From an uncultured delta proteobacterium (lineage in GTDB: Bacteria > Desulfobacterota > Desulfobacteria > Desulfobacterales > JAHEIW01): a stretch of 64,000 nucleotides of DNA. The notes under the pieces are model-generated. The model saw only the letters and a program-made list of their open reading frames with translations, was not told where the DNA came from and ran no database searches. The stretch covers positions 1 through 64,000 of the forward strand of contig CAVPNL010000022.1 in the NCBI GenBank assembly GCA_963706575.1, given 5' to 3'. Shown here in pieces: positions 1 to 8,519 of this stretch. Position numbers and translations under genes: made by a program. Position 1 is the stretch's first letter. Every line of letters starts with the position of its first letter.

Positions 1-101
1 AGATAATTTTTGTTGACCGCGAAGATTCGGTTTTATATCTATCTTCAAATTCCCCTGGTAAAAATTAAATAAACCATTTCTCATTTGGAGCCCTCAAGTC
101 C

Positions 102-1028
102 ATGGCATCGGCATCTTCTAAAAAGGTCATCTTTGCAGCCTTAATCGGAAATTTTCTGATTGCGCTGACCAAATTCATCGCTTTTTTTATGACCAAAAGC
201 TCGGCCATGCTCTCAGAAGGGGTCCATTCGGTGGTCGATACCAGCAATCAAGTGTTGTTGCTTTACGGACTTCGCCGGGCAAAGCAGCCGGCAGATGTGC
301 AATTTCCGTTTGGGCACGGCAAGGAGGTCTATTTCTGGGGATTTATTGTTGCGATTATGATTTTTACCGTTGGCGCCGGGGTCTCCATTTATAAAGGGGT
401 TCACCACTTGCTGCATCCGGTACTCATCCAGAACCCGACCCTCAACTATATCGTGCTGGCCTGTGCCCTGGTGTTTGAAGGTGCGGCCTGGTATTTTGCC
501 CTGACCGAATTTAGAAAAGTCAAAGGCAGAAGGGGCTATCTCGAAGCAGTACATCGGGGTAAAGACCCCTCCATGTTTGTGGTGCTTTTTGAGGACTCAG
601 CCGCCATGCTGGGCATCCTGGTTGCTTTTGCCGGGATATTTCTGAGCCAGGTCACGGGAAATCCCGTTTACGACGGCGCTGCTTCTGTGGTCATCGGATT
701 GATCCTTGCCGGGACTGCGGCCTGGTTGGCCTATGAAATCAAAGGATTGCTGATTGGAGAGAGCGCCCACCCGGAGATTATCAAGGGGGTAAAAGAAATC
801 GCCAAATCCTACCCGAGAATCAAACACGTCAATGAAATTTTAACCCTGCATATGGGGCCGGATTTTATTTTGCTGAATTTAAGCGTCGACTTTGTCGACA
901 GCATCCTGGCCGGGGATCTTGAAGATACAATTTTAAGGCTGAATAGACACATCAAACAGACTTATCCTAAAATCAAACGCGTTTTTGTGGAGGCAGAGGC
1001 CAGGCGAGCGGCGCATACTGATATTTAA
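102..1028 (+). CDS. Cation diffusion facilitator (CDF) family transporter
   Basis: 308 aa with 6 TM segments; 'SAMLSEGVHSVVD', 'FPFGHGKE' and 'LFEDSAA' motifs typical of CDF proteins; C-terminal dimerisation domain. Confidence 0.92.
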   Translation: MASASSKKVIFAALIGNFLIALTKFIAFFMTKSSAMLSEGVHSVVDTSNQVLLLYGLRRAKQPADVQFPFGHGKEVYFWGFIVAIMIFTVGAGVSIYKGVHHLLHPVLIQNPTLNYIVLACALVFEGAAWYFALTEFRKVKGRRGYLEAVHRGKDPSMFVVLFEDSAAMLGILVAFAGIFLSQVTGNPVYDGAASVVIGLILAGTAAWLAYEIKGLLIGESAHPEIIKGVKEIAKSYPRIKHVNEILTLHMGPDFILLNLSVDFVDSILAGDLEDTILRLNRHIKQTYPKIKRVFVEAEARRAAHTDI

Positions 1029-1031
1029 ATA

Positions 1032-1222
1032 GCCACGGACCCCTCTTCGCTCTATCGAGCTTCGCTGCAGCGACGCGGCAGGCCCACACGGACTCACACA
1101 AACATTTTTGCCTCGCGGCCAAATGGCCTAATGGAGCGCTGCGCTTTAGGAGCACTTTGTTTTAGGAGCAGCCCTGCGGGCTTTGAGGTGGGAAAAATTA
1201 TCCGCAGATTACGCAGATTGAT
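1032..1222. repeat. Intergenic low-complexity 9-mer repeats (CCACGGAC/CACACGGACT/CACACAAAC; CGCAGATTA x2) with an inserted hairpin module
   Basis: gccacggacc-[cctcttcgctctatcgagcttcgc...gcggcaggc]-ccacacggactcacacaaac, and atccgcagattacgcagatt. Confidence 0.5.
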
Positions 1223-1276
1223 TAAAAAAATAAATCACAAAAATCCACTTATCGAGATAATTATCTGTATAATTTT

Positions 1277-1735
1277 CTAATAATTTTTTATTTCACGGTC
1301 TAAATCTCGCTGCTCATCGCGACGCTTGATGGCCTCGCGTTTGTCATACTTGCGCTTTCCTTTTACCAGGGCCAGCGTGATCTTGACTTTTCCGCTTTTA
1401 AAATAAAGCCGGAGGGGAATCAGAGTGTGGCCTTTTTCATTGACTTTGCCGTAGAGCCGCTTGATTTCATGTTTGTGCAAAAGCAGTTTGCGCGGCCTTA
1501 AAGGGTCGTGGTTGTCATAATAGGCAAAGGGATAGGGCGCGATGTGCAGCTGGTAAACAAACACCTCACCGTCTTTGATCCTGGCATAGGAGTCTTTTAG
1601 ATTTGCACGCCCCTGTCTCAGGGATTTTACTTCGGTACCCCTGAGAACCAGCCCGGCTTCGTATTCATCGACAATAAAATAATCCCGGCGGGCTTTGCGG
1701 TTCTGGGCGATTATTTTGATGTGTTCATTCTCCAA
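1277..1735 (-). CDS. smpB: SsrA-binding protein SmpB
   Basis: 'NRKARRDY', 'EAGLVLRGTEVKSLR', 'HDPLRPRKLLLHKHEI' and 'KGKRKYDKRE' signature motifs; TTG start. Confidence 0.98.
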   Translation of the reverse strand: MENEHIKIIAQNRKARRDYFIVDEYEAGLVLRGTEVKSLRQGRANLKDSYARIKDGEVFVYQLHIAPYPFAYYDNHDPLRPRKLLLHKHEIKRLYGKVNEKGHTLIPLRLYFKSGKVKITLALVKGKRKYDKREAIKRRDEQRDLDREIKNY

Positions 1736-1744
1736 TTTTGGTTT

Positions 1745-1778
1745 CCAATACCCAATACCGAATACCCAATACCCAGTA
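1745..1778. repeat. Heptamer tandem repeat (CCAATAC)x4-5 between ptsI and smpB
   Basis: tccaatacccaataccgaatacccaatacccagtat. Confidence 0.8.
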
Positions 1779-1789
1779 TTTTTTGCCTA

Positions 1790-3553
1790 TCACCCGGAGT
1801 ACAATTGCTCTGCCAGAATGCTGCCGTAGGTATCCTTTATGAGCTCAAACGTACTTTTGGCCGTGGTCTGCTTGAGGACCTCCTTCATAAAGGAACGGGT
1901 ATCCGCAACATTCAAGGACCGGATAACCCGTTTGATATCCGGAATGGATTGCGGGTTCATGCTGAGCTCATCCATTCCAATGCCCAATAAGAGCGGGATG
2001 TGATGGGGGGTGCCGGCCATTTCGCCACACATAAAGATCTTTATGTTTTTTTCCCGGGCCACGTCGGCGGTATGCTTGAGCATGCGTATAATGGCCGGAT
2101 CGAGGGGCTGAAACAGGTGGGCGACCTGCTCATTGCCGCGATCGATGGCCAGGGCGTACTGAATCAGATCATTGGTCCCGATACTGAAAAAATCGACGTT
2201 TTCAGCAATGACGTCCGCCATGATCACTGCCGAAGGCACCTCTATCATGGCACCGGTTTCAATATCACGGTTATAGGGCAGGCCGTCTTTCTCCAGCGAT
2301 TCGGCGGCTTCGTCCAGCATCCGATTGGCTTCGCGGATTTCAAAATAGGTTGATATCATCGGAAACAAAATTCGGGTGTTGCCAAATGCGGCCGCTCTGA
2401 GAATGGCTCGAAGCTGATCTTTAAATACCTGGGGTTTTTTAAGGCAATAGCGGATGGCGCGCATTCCCAGGGCCGGATTGGCTTCCTCAGCGCTGAATTG
2501 ATTGTTTAAAGCCTTGTCTCCATTGATGTCGAGTGTTCGGATGGTGACCGGTTTCGGGTGCATGGCCTCAATGACATCTTTGTAGTTATCAAAAAGTTCA
2601 TCTTCGTCGGGAAAATCAGGACGGTTGAAATATTGAAACTCGGTGCGGTAAAGACCGATTCCATCACCACCATAATTCAGCAACGCAAACACTTCCTCCG
2701 GAAGCTCGATGTTGCCCATAACCGCCAAACGAACCCCATCTGCCGATTCAGCCGGCGCTTTGCTCTCGCTGGTGATGACAGCCTTGTAATCCTCGTAATC
2801 GATTTTACGCTCTTCATACCGGACCAGGGTTTCTTCGGCGGGCCGGATGATGACTGTACCGCTATTGCCATCCACAATGATGAGGTCATCACTGCGAATC
2901 GATGCCATGGCGGTTTTCAGCCCGACAACAGCGGGTATTTCAAGGCTGCGCGCGATAATGCCCGTATGAGATGCTTTGCCGCCGCGATCGGTAATAAAAC
3001 CCATCACCCGTTCAAGATTGATCTGGCAGGTTTCAGCCGGTGTCAGGTCATGGGCAACCAGGATGACGCGCTTGTCGATTGCAGCGATATTGACCTTTTT
3101 CGTACCCACCAGGTTGTGCATGATGCTGTCGGCGATCTGAACGACATCAACTGAGCGCTCCTTTAAATACGGGTCTGTCATGGTCTGGAAAACTTCTATC
3201 AGGTTCGATACCACTTTTTTCAGCGCCCACTCGGCATTGACGCTTTCCTGCTTGACGGTCTCGATGGTGCGGCCATACAGCATTTTATCCTTGAGCAAGG
3301 CCATATGGGTTTCAAGGATGTGGGCATGCTGCAATTCTTCGGGGCTTTTTTCGACAATTTTACGCAGCTCATCCTTGGCATTTTTTACCGCCGCTTTGAA
3401 CCGTTTGACCTCATTGGATAGCTCTTTGTCTTCGATGCGGTATTTTGGGACAACCTCGACGCCTTCGCTGTCAACCAGGTAGGCCTTTCCAATGCAGATC
3501 CCCGGAGAGGCGTTGATTCCTTTTATGATTATTTCTTGCGCTTCTGTTTCCAT
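1790..3553 (-). CDS. ptsI: Phosphoenolpyruvate-protein phosphotransferase (PTS enzyme I)
   Basis: 'GGKASHTGIIARS' phospho-His motif, 'GIGLYRTEF', 'NPALGMRAIR', 'DFFSIGTNDLIQY', 'CGEMAG'. Confidence 0.97.
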   Translation of the reverse strand: METEAQEIIIKGINASPGICIGKAYLVDSEGVEVVPKYRIEDKELSNEVKRFKAAVKNAKDELRKIVEKSPEELQHAHILETHMALLKDKMLYGRTIETVKQESVNAEWALKKVVSNLIEVFQTMTDPYLKERSVDVVQIADSIMHNLVGTKKVNIAAIDKRVILVAHDLTPAETCQINLERVMGFITDRGGKASHTGIIARSLEIPAVVGLKTAMASIRSDDLIIVDGNSGTVIIRPAEETLVRYEERKIDYEDYKAVITSESKAPAESADGVRLAVMGNIELPEEVFALLNYGGDGIGLYRTEFQYFNRPDFPDEDELFDNYKDVIEAMHPKPVTIRTLDINGDKALNNQFSAEEANPALGMRAIRYCLKKPQVFKDQLRAILRAAAFGNTRILFPMISTYFEIREANRMLDEAAESLEKDGLPYNRDIETGAMIEVPSAVIMADVIAENVDFFSIGTNDLIQYALAIDRGNEQVAHLFQPLDPAIIRMLKHTADVAREKNIKIFMCGEMAGTPHHIPLLLGIGMDELSMNPQSIPDIKRVIRSLNVADTRSFMKEVLKQTTAKSTFELIKDTYGSILAEQLYSG

Positions 3554-3562
3554 TGGGTCCGT

Positions 3563-3847
3563 TTATTCCCCGAATCCGCTTTCAACCAATTCCGTGATGT
3601 CGTCTAGAATACTAAAATCGGATTTATTTTCGATGCGAATGGTAATTTTTGTGCCTTTTTCACAGGCCAGGGTCAAAATATCCACGATGCTGGATGCATC
3701 TGCTTTATCGTCACCTTTTTGTATCCAGACCGAAGCCGTTGACCGATTGGCGAGTTCGGCTATTTTGGCGGCCGAGCGCGCGTGCAAACCGAATTCGTTT
3801 ACGATAGTGACTTCTCGGGACAGGGCTGGCTTAAATTTACTCATCAA
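3563..3847 (-). CDS. ptsH: HPr family phosphocarrier protein
   Basis: 'GLHARSAAKI' (His15 motif) and 'DASSIVDIL' (Ser46 region); adjacent to ptsI. Confidence 0.95.
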   Translation of the reverse strand: MMSKFKPALSREVTIVNEFGLHARSAAKIAELANRSTASVWIQKGDDKADASSIVDILTLACEKGTKITIRIENKSDFSILDDITELVESGFGE

Positions 3848-4003
3848 TTATTACTTGAATCTTGCATGAAAAGTCATGAGAAGTTTGTATTATGTTTAAT
3901 GACAGCATGTTAAGCAAGTTATAATTGTAAAGGGACTGTCAATTTAAATTAAAAGGATGATAATCATTTTATCTCATTACTTTTCACCCTTAAAACAACG
4001 CGG

Positions 4004-4100
4004 CGAGCCGGAGGCTTCCATCTGCTGCGTTATTAAGGCCGAAGCATAGTTCACTATAGCTTCGCCCTTAAGTGCCTTGCATATGAAAGCCTCCGACTCG
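4004..4100. repeat. Long imperfect palindrome (nested hairpin), REP/MITE-like
   Basis: cgagccggaggcttccat pairs with atgaaagcctccgactcg; inner stem taaggccgaagcatag-ttca-ctatagcttcgccctta. Confidence 0.7.
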
Positions 4101-4175
4101 TGCAAAATCCAAGTCTATATTCAATTAAAATTTTTGCAAGTTATCAAAATTTCAATATATGTCAATTTGAAAACA

Positions 4176-4204
4176 TTGACAAGACAGGAATTGGCTGTTA
4201 AGGT
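4176..4204 (+). promoter_or_regulatory. Putative sigma70 promoter for the selenoprotein gene
   Basis: TTGACA(4176-4181)-N17-TAAGGT(4199-4204). Confidence 0.45.
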
Positions 4205-4252
4205 TTTGCTGGTTTTGATCACAACTATTTGAAATTAATATAGAATAATAAC

Positions 4253-4407
4253 TAGAACCCATCTTAAAAAGGTGGATTAGGGTTCAGGGCAAGGCGCAAA
4301 CCGATTCGAAAGTCGTTGTTCCGAGCATACACGGTCGTATGTGAGCATTTTGAATTGGTTAGCAACACCGCCATGGACACTTAGACGCATTTTTAAGATG
4401 GGTTCTA
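4253..4407. mobile_element. MITE-like element, 155 bp, perfect 18-bp terminal inverted repeats beginning and ending in TA
   Basis: TAGAACCCATCTTAAAAA (4253-4270) and TTTTTAAGATGGGTTCTA (4390-4407); non-coding interior with hairpin gcatacacggtcgtatgt. Confidence 0.75.
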
Positions 4408-4436
4408 ATCACCCTTTAAATCCGGAGGATCGAACC

Positions 4437-4664
4437 ATGTCTGAAAAAATATTGATTTTCGGCAAAGATGCCTGACCTTACACCAGGGCAGCTCGTGAAG
4501 CTTATGCCAAACAGAATAAGGATGTTGAATATCTCAACGTTAAATCGGATCCCAAACAACTTGATGTCATGCTGAAACATTCCAACGGCGCGCGCAAAGT
4601 TCCGGTGATTGTTGAAGGTGGAGACGTTACCATTGGTTTTGATGGCGGGACATGAGGGGTTTGA
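4437..4664 (+). CDS. Glutaredoxin-like selenoprotein with two in-frame UGA codons (UXX-star-type), 75 aa
   Basis: SD GGAGGA 4424-4429, ATG 4437; MSEKILIFGKDA-U-PYTRAAREAYAKQNKDVEYLNVKSDPKQLDVMLKHSNGARKVPVIVEGGDVTIGFDGGT-U-GV*; TGA at 4473-4475 in the CPYx active-site position and at 4653-4655; Grx 'VP' cis-Pro and 'IGF' motifs. Confidence 0.88.
4487..4508 (+). promoter_or_regulatory. Putative bacterial SECIS element for the first UGA
   Basis: GGCA-GCT-[CGTGA]-AGC-tta-TGCC hairpin starting 11 nt after the UGA. Confidence 0.55.
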
Positions 4665-4690
4665 TTTTTTCAGCAGTTGGCTGAAAAAAT
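4664..4690 (+). promoter_or_regulatory. Hairpin after the second UGA: SECIS and/or terminator
   Basis: ATTTTTTCAGC-[AGTTG]-GCTGAAAAAAT perfect 11-bp stem. Confidence 0.5.
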
Positions 4691-4930
4691 TAGTTATTGG
4701 TTATTCGTTAATGATTTCTCGTTCTCTGCTGCTGGCTCCTTGCTTCTTGCTGCCATCTGAATCAGTGACCAGTAGCCAGCAGCCCATTATTCTCTTGACT
4801 CAAGTGCAGATACATTATAGCTAAATCACTTTAACTATAATTCGTTCAACCAGATGAATTTAATTCATATTTTTTATATTCTGATGATTGGCAAGAGAGC
4901 CGGTCTCAATATTGGACGCGTGTGTGTTTG

Positions 4931-5692
4931 ATGGCGACTTTAAACGTTAACGACGTCACCCTTTCATTTGGTGGCTTAAATGCACTGAGTGAGGTGTCCC
5001 TGACGATTGAACCGGGACTGATCACCTCGATTATCGGCCCGAACGGGGCCGGCAAAACCAGCCTGTTGAATTGTATTTCCGGTTTTTATCATCCCACAAA
5101 AGGCGGGATCTTTTACGGCGACCACAACCTTTCCAAAGCGTCTCCGCACCAGGTTACCAGCCTGGGAATTGCGCGTGCCTTTCAGAATATCGAGTTATTC
5201 AGCGGCATGACGGTCCTGGACAATCTGCTGCTGGCACGCCATCAGAACTTGAAATACAATATATTTCAAGCCGTTTTCTATTCCGGCAAGACATCCGCTG
5301 AGGAGGCTAAAAATCGACAATATGTCGAGGAGATCATCGATTTCATGGAGCTCGAACCGTATCGCAAAAAAACGGTCGGCAGCCTCAGCTACGGTATCCA
5401 AAAAAGCGTTGAGGTCGCGCGGGCGCTGACCCTGGGTCCGGATTTGCTTTTGTTGGATGAACCCATGGCCGGTATGAATATCGAAGAAAAAGAAGATATG
5501 GTGCGCTTTGTAATGGACATTCAGAAAGAACGCCATACCACCGTGGTGCTGGTCGAACACGACCTGGGCGTTGTGATGGACATATCCGACCATGTATACG
5601 TACTCGACTTCGGAGAACTCATTGGCGCCGGCCAGCCCGATGAGGTCGCTAAAGATCCAAAAGTCGTTGAGGCCTATATTGGGGAAGAATAG
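4931..5692 (+). CDS. Branched-chain amino acid-type ABC transporter ATP-binding protein (LivG-like)
   Basis: Walker A 'GPNGAGKT', 'LLLDEPMAG', 'VEHDL', C-terminal 'DPKVVEAYIG'. Confidence 0.92.
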   Translation: MATLNVNDVTLSFGGLNALSEVSLTIEPGLITSIIGPNGAGKTSLLNCISGFYHPTKGGIFYGDHNLSKASPHQVTSLGIARAFQNIELFSGMTVLDNLLLARHQNLKYNIFQAVFYSGKTSAEEAKNRQYVEEIIDFMELEPYRKKTVGSLSYGIQKSVEVARALTLGPDLLLLDEPMAGMNIEEKEDMVRFVMDIQKERHTTVVLVEHDLGVVMDISDHVYVLDFGELIGAGQPDEVAKDPKVVEAYIGEE

Positions 5693-5697
5693 TTAGC

Positions 5698-7626
5698 ATG
5701 GCAGGCAAAGACGACATACTGAAATATACGATTCCGCAGCTGTTGCGCTGGCGGGTTAATGAGACCGGCGACAAAGTCGCTCTGCGTGAGAAAGAATTCG
5801 GGTACTGGAACAACTACACCTGGAACGACTTTTACGACCGCGTGCGCAAAATCGCCCTTGGGCTCGAAAAGATGGGCCTCAAAAAGGACGACAAGCTGGC
5901 ATTGATCGGCGATAATATTCCCGAGATGTTGTTCATGGCCATTGGGGCCCAATCCATCGGCGCGATTTCAGCCGGGATTTATCAAACCAGCCTGCCTGAT
6001 GAGATTGCCGAACTGATCAATTATATGGACGTGACGGTCGTTTTTTGCGACGACCAGGAGCAGGTGGATAAGCTGGTTGAAGTCCGGGACCAGATTCCCC
6101 AGGTGCGCAAGGTGATATACGAGGACCCGCGCGGCATGCGCGACTACCGATCCGACGACTGGTATCTCTTTATAGAAGATCTCTATGAAATGGGCGCTGC
6201 GGCTTATGCTGAAAACCCTGAAAAATACGACGCCTTGATTGACCAGGGAAGCCCTGACGATGTTTGCCACTTTTGTCTGACCTCCGGTACTACCGGGCTG
6301 TCCAAAGCCTCCATGATGACCCATAAAAACTACGTCAACATGGGCATTCAGATCACCAAGGTCGACAAACTATCGGACACCGATGAATATCTCTCCTTTC
6401 TACCCTTTGCCTGGATCGGAGAGCAGATGAACTCCTTCGGCGTGGCCATGGCCACGGGGATCACCATCAACTTTCCGGAGTCGGTTGAAACCAGCATGGA
6501 GGATCTCAAGGAGATCGGGCCTCACTTTATGTTTGGTGCGCCCAGAATCTATGAAACCATACGCTCTCAAATTTGGCTCAAGATCGATGAATCTTACTGG
6601 CTCAACCGCTTTCTTTACGGAAAATTCATTAAGATCGGGGAGAAGGCCGCCCGCTATCGGATGAGCGGCGAACGGATGCCGGCATCCCTGCGTTTCATGG
6701 CCTGGCTGGGAAAGATTATGGTTATGGATCCGCTGATCAACCAAATCGGGCTGCGCAGGCTGCGGCGGGCCTATACCGGAGGTGCGGCCCTCGGGCCCGA
6801 GCTGTTCACCTTTTACCAGGCCATCGGCGTCAATTTGAAGCAGATTTACGGCCAGACCGAAATTACCGGCATCGCCTACATGCATCTTGACGGTGACGTT
6901 CGGCCGGATACAGTGGGCAAACCGCTGCCGGAGACCGATTGCAAAATCAGCGAGCAGGGAGAGATTCTGTCGCGCTCCCCTTCGGTTTGTGCGGGCTATT
7001 ATAAGCTAGACGAGCAGACCGAAGAGCTGCTGGAGGGGGGATGGCTCCATTCCGGCGACGCCGGATACATTGACGAACATGGTCACCTGGTCGTGATCGA
7101 CCGGGTTTCCGACGTCATGCATAACAGCAGGGGCGAGATGTTTAGCCCCATGTTTCTGGAAAACAAGCTCAAATTCAGTCCATACATCAAAGAGGCTGTC
7201 ATTTTCGGCGATAAACGGGATTTCGTGGCTGCGCTGATCAACATCGACCCCATCGTGGTCGGCAAGTGGGCCGAAGACCGGGGGATTTCTTTTACCACCT
7301 ACATGGATCTTTCCAATAATCCGGAGGTGGCGGAGCTGCTCCAGGAGGCCGTGATCGATATCAACGCGCGTGCGGAAAAAGATCATTTTAAAATCAAACG
7401 CTTTGCGGTGTTGTATAAACTGCTGGACATGGATGACGGCGAGCTGACCAAAACCGGCAAGATACGCAGAAAATTCGTCATGGAAAAGTACCAAGATCTT
7501 TACGATGCCCTCTACGATGAAAGCGTCAGCAAGAAGAAGGTCGAAGCCTTTTTCCAGTATCAGGATGGCCAGACCACCACCGTAGAGGCCGAAATGGCGT
7601 TTTATACAATGGAAGGGATTGCATGA
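5698..7626 (+). CDS. Long-chain fatty acid-CoA ligase (AMP-binding)
   Basis: 'TSGTTGLSK', 'YGQTE', 'GWLHSGDAG' and 'ELTKTGKIRR' adenylate-forming motifs. Confidence 0.92.
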   Translation: MAGKDDILKYTIPQLLRWRVNETGDKVALREKEFGYWNNYTWNDFYDRVRKIALGLEKMGLKKDDKLALIGDNIPEMLFMAIGAQSIGAISAGIYQTSLPDEIAELINYMDVTVVFCDDQEQVDKLVEVRDQIPQVRKVIYEDPRGMRDYRSDDWYLFIEDLYEMGAAAYAENPEKYDALIDQGSPDDVCHFCLTSGTTGLSKASMMTHKNYVNMGIQITKVDKLSDTDEYLSFLPFAWIGEQMNSFGVAMATGITINFPESVETSMEDLKEIGPHFMFGAPRIYETIRSQIWLKIDESYWLNRFLYGKFIKIGEKAARYRMSGERMPASLRFMAWLGKIMVMDPLINQIGLRRLRRAYTGGAALGPELFTFYQAIGVNLKQIYGQTEITGIAYMHLDGDVRPDTVGKPLPETDCKISEQGEILSRSPSVCAGYYKLDEQTEELLEGGWLHSGDAGYIDEHGHLVVIDRVSDVMHNSRGEMFSPMFLENKLKFSPYIKEAVIFGDKRDFVAALINIDPIVVGKWAEDRGISFTTYMDLSNNPEVAELLQEAVIDINARAEKDHFKIKRFAVLYKLLDMDDGELTKTGKIRRKFVMEKYQDLYDALYDESVSKKKVEAFFQYQDGQTTTVEAEMAFYTMEGIA

Positions 7627-8516
7627 GTTATTTTTTTCAACTGGTGGTCAGTGGGATTGTTGTCGGCTCTATCTATGCGCTTTCCGGGCTCGGATTTGTC
7701 CTGATTTATAAATCCAGCCGTGTGCTCAATATTGCCCATGGACAATTCATTGCCCTGGGTGCTTTTATTACGTACGCACTGACGGTGGGGCTGCACATTC
7801 CCATCTACATTTCATTTTTGCTAAGCACGGTCATTACCTTCCTGGTCGCCATGAGCGTGGAACGCATCTTTTTGCGCCGCCTGATCGGTGAACCGATTAT
7901 ATCGGTGATCATGGTCACCATCGGACTGATGTCCATACTTGACGGGCTCATCTATCTGACCCCGTTTGGAACGGAAAATTTCTCCTTTCCGGAATTTTTG
8001 CCGAAAGCGCCGATCACCGTGGGCGGGGTTTCGATTTCCTGGACCCAGTTTGTGGGCGTTATTATTACGATCATATTGATTGCCGGCTTTTCCTGGTTCT
8101 TTAAAAAATCGACCCTGGGCATATCCATGCGTGCGGTTTCGGATGATCAAATGGCCTCGATGTCCATCGGGATTTCTATCCCCAGAGTGTTCGGTCTGGC
8201 CTGGGCGGCCGCCGGTTTAAGCGCCGCCGCCGCCGGGGGCATCATTGCCAATATTACCGGGTTGAACTTCGACACCCTGGTTTCTTTTGGTATTATCGTA
8301 TTTCCCGTGGTGATTCTCGGCGGGCTGGATTCGATTTTCGGCGCGGTGGTCGCCGGTATCATCGTGGGGCTGATTCAGCAGTTTGCCGCCGGATACCTGG
8401 ACGGTCTCTGGGGCCTGTTCGGCACCGCCGACCTGGTGCCCTGGTTTATCCTTTTGATCATTTTATTAATCAAACCTCACGGTCTTTTTGGCATCCATGA
8501 AATTGAACGGGTCTAA
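7623..8516 (+). CDS. LivH-like ABC transporter permease
   Basis: 'GSIYALSGLGFVLIYKSSRVLNIAHG', 'GISMRAVSDD'; multi-TM. Confidence 0.92.
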   Translation: MSYFFQLVVSGIVVGSIYALSGLGFVLIYKSSRVLNIAHGQFIALGAFITYALTVGLHIPIYISFLLSTVITFLVAMSVERIFLRRLIGEPIISVIMVTIGLMSILDGLIYLTPFGTENFSFPEFLPKAPITVGGVSISWTQFVGVIITIILIAGFSWFFKKSTLGISMRAVSDDQMASMSIGISIPRVFGLAWAAAGLSAAAAGGIIANITGLNFDTLVSFGIIVFPVVILGGLDSIFGAVVAGIIVGLIQQFAAGYLDGLWGLFGTADLVPWFILLIILLIKPHGLFGIHEIERV

Positions 8517-8519
8517 GTT

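Noticed and set aside
1029..1276. tmRNA (ssrA) next to smpB
   Set aside because: No tRNA-like GGGG... 5' end, T-arm or CCA 3' end is visible, and the gap is too short and filled with repeats.
4609..4824. 71-aa ORF from the ORF track
   Set aside because: It overlaps the selenoprotein in another frame and runs through low-complexity repeats, with no recognisable domain.
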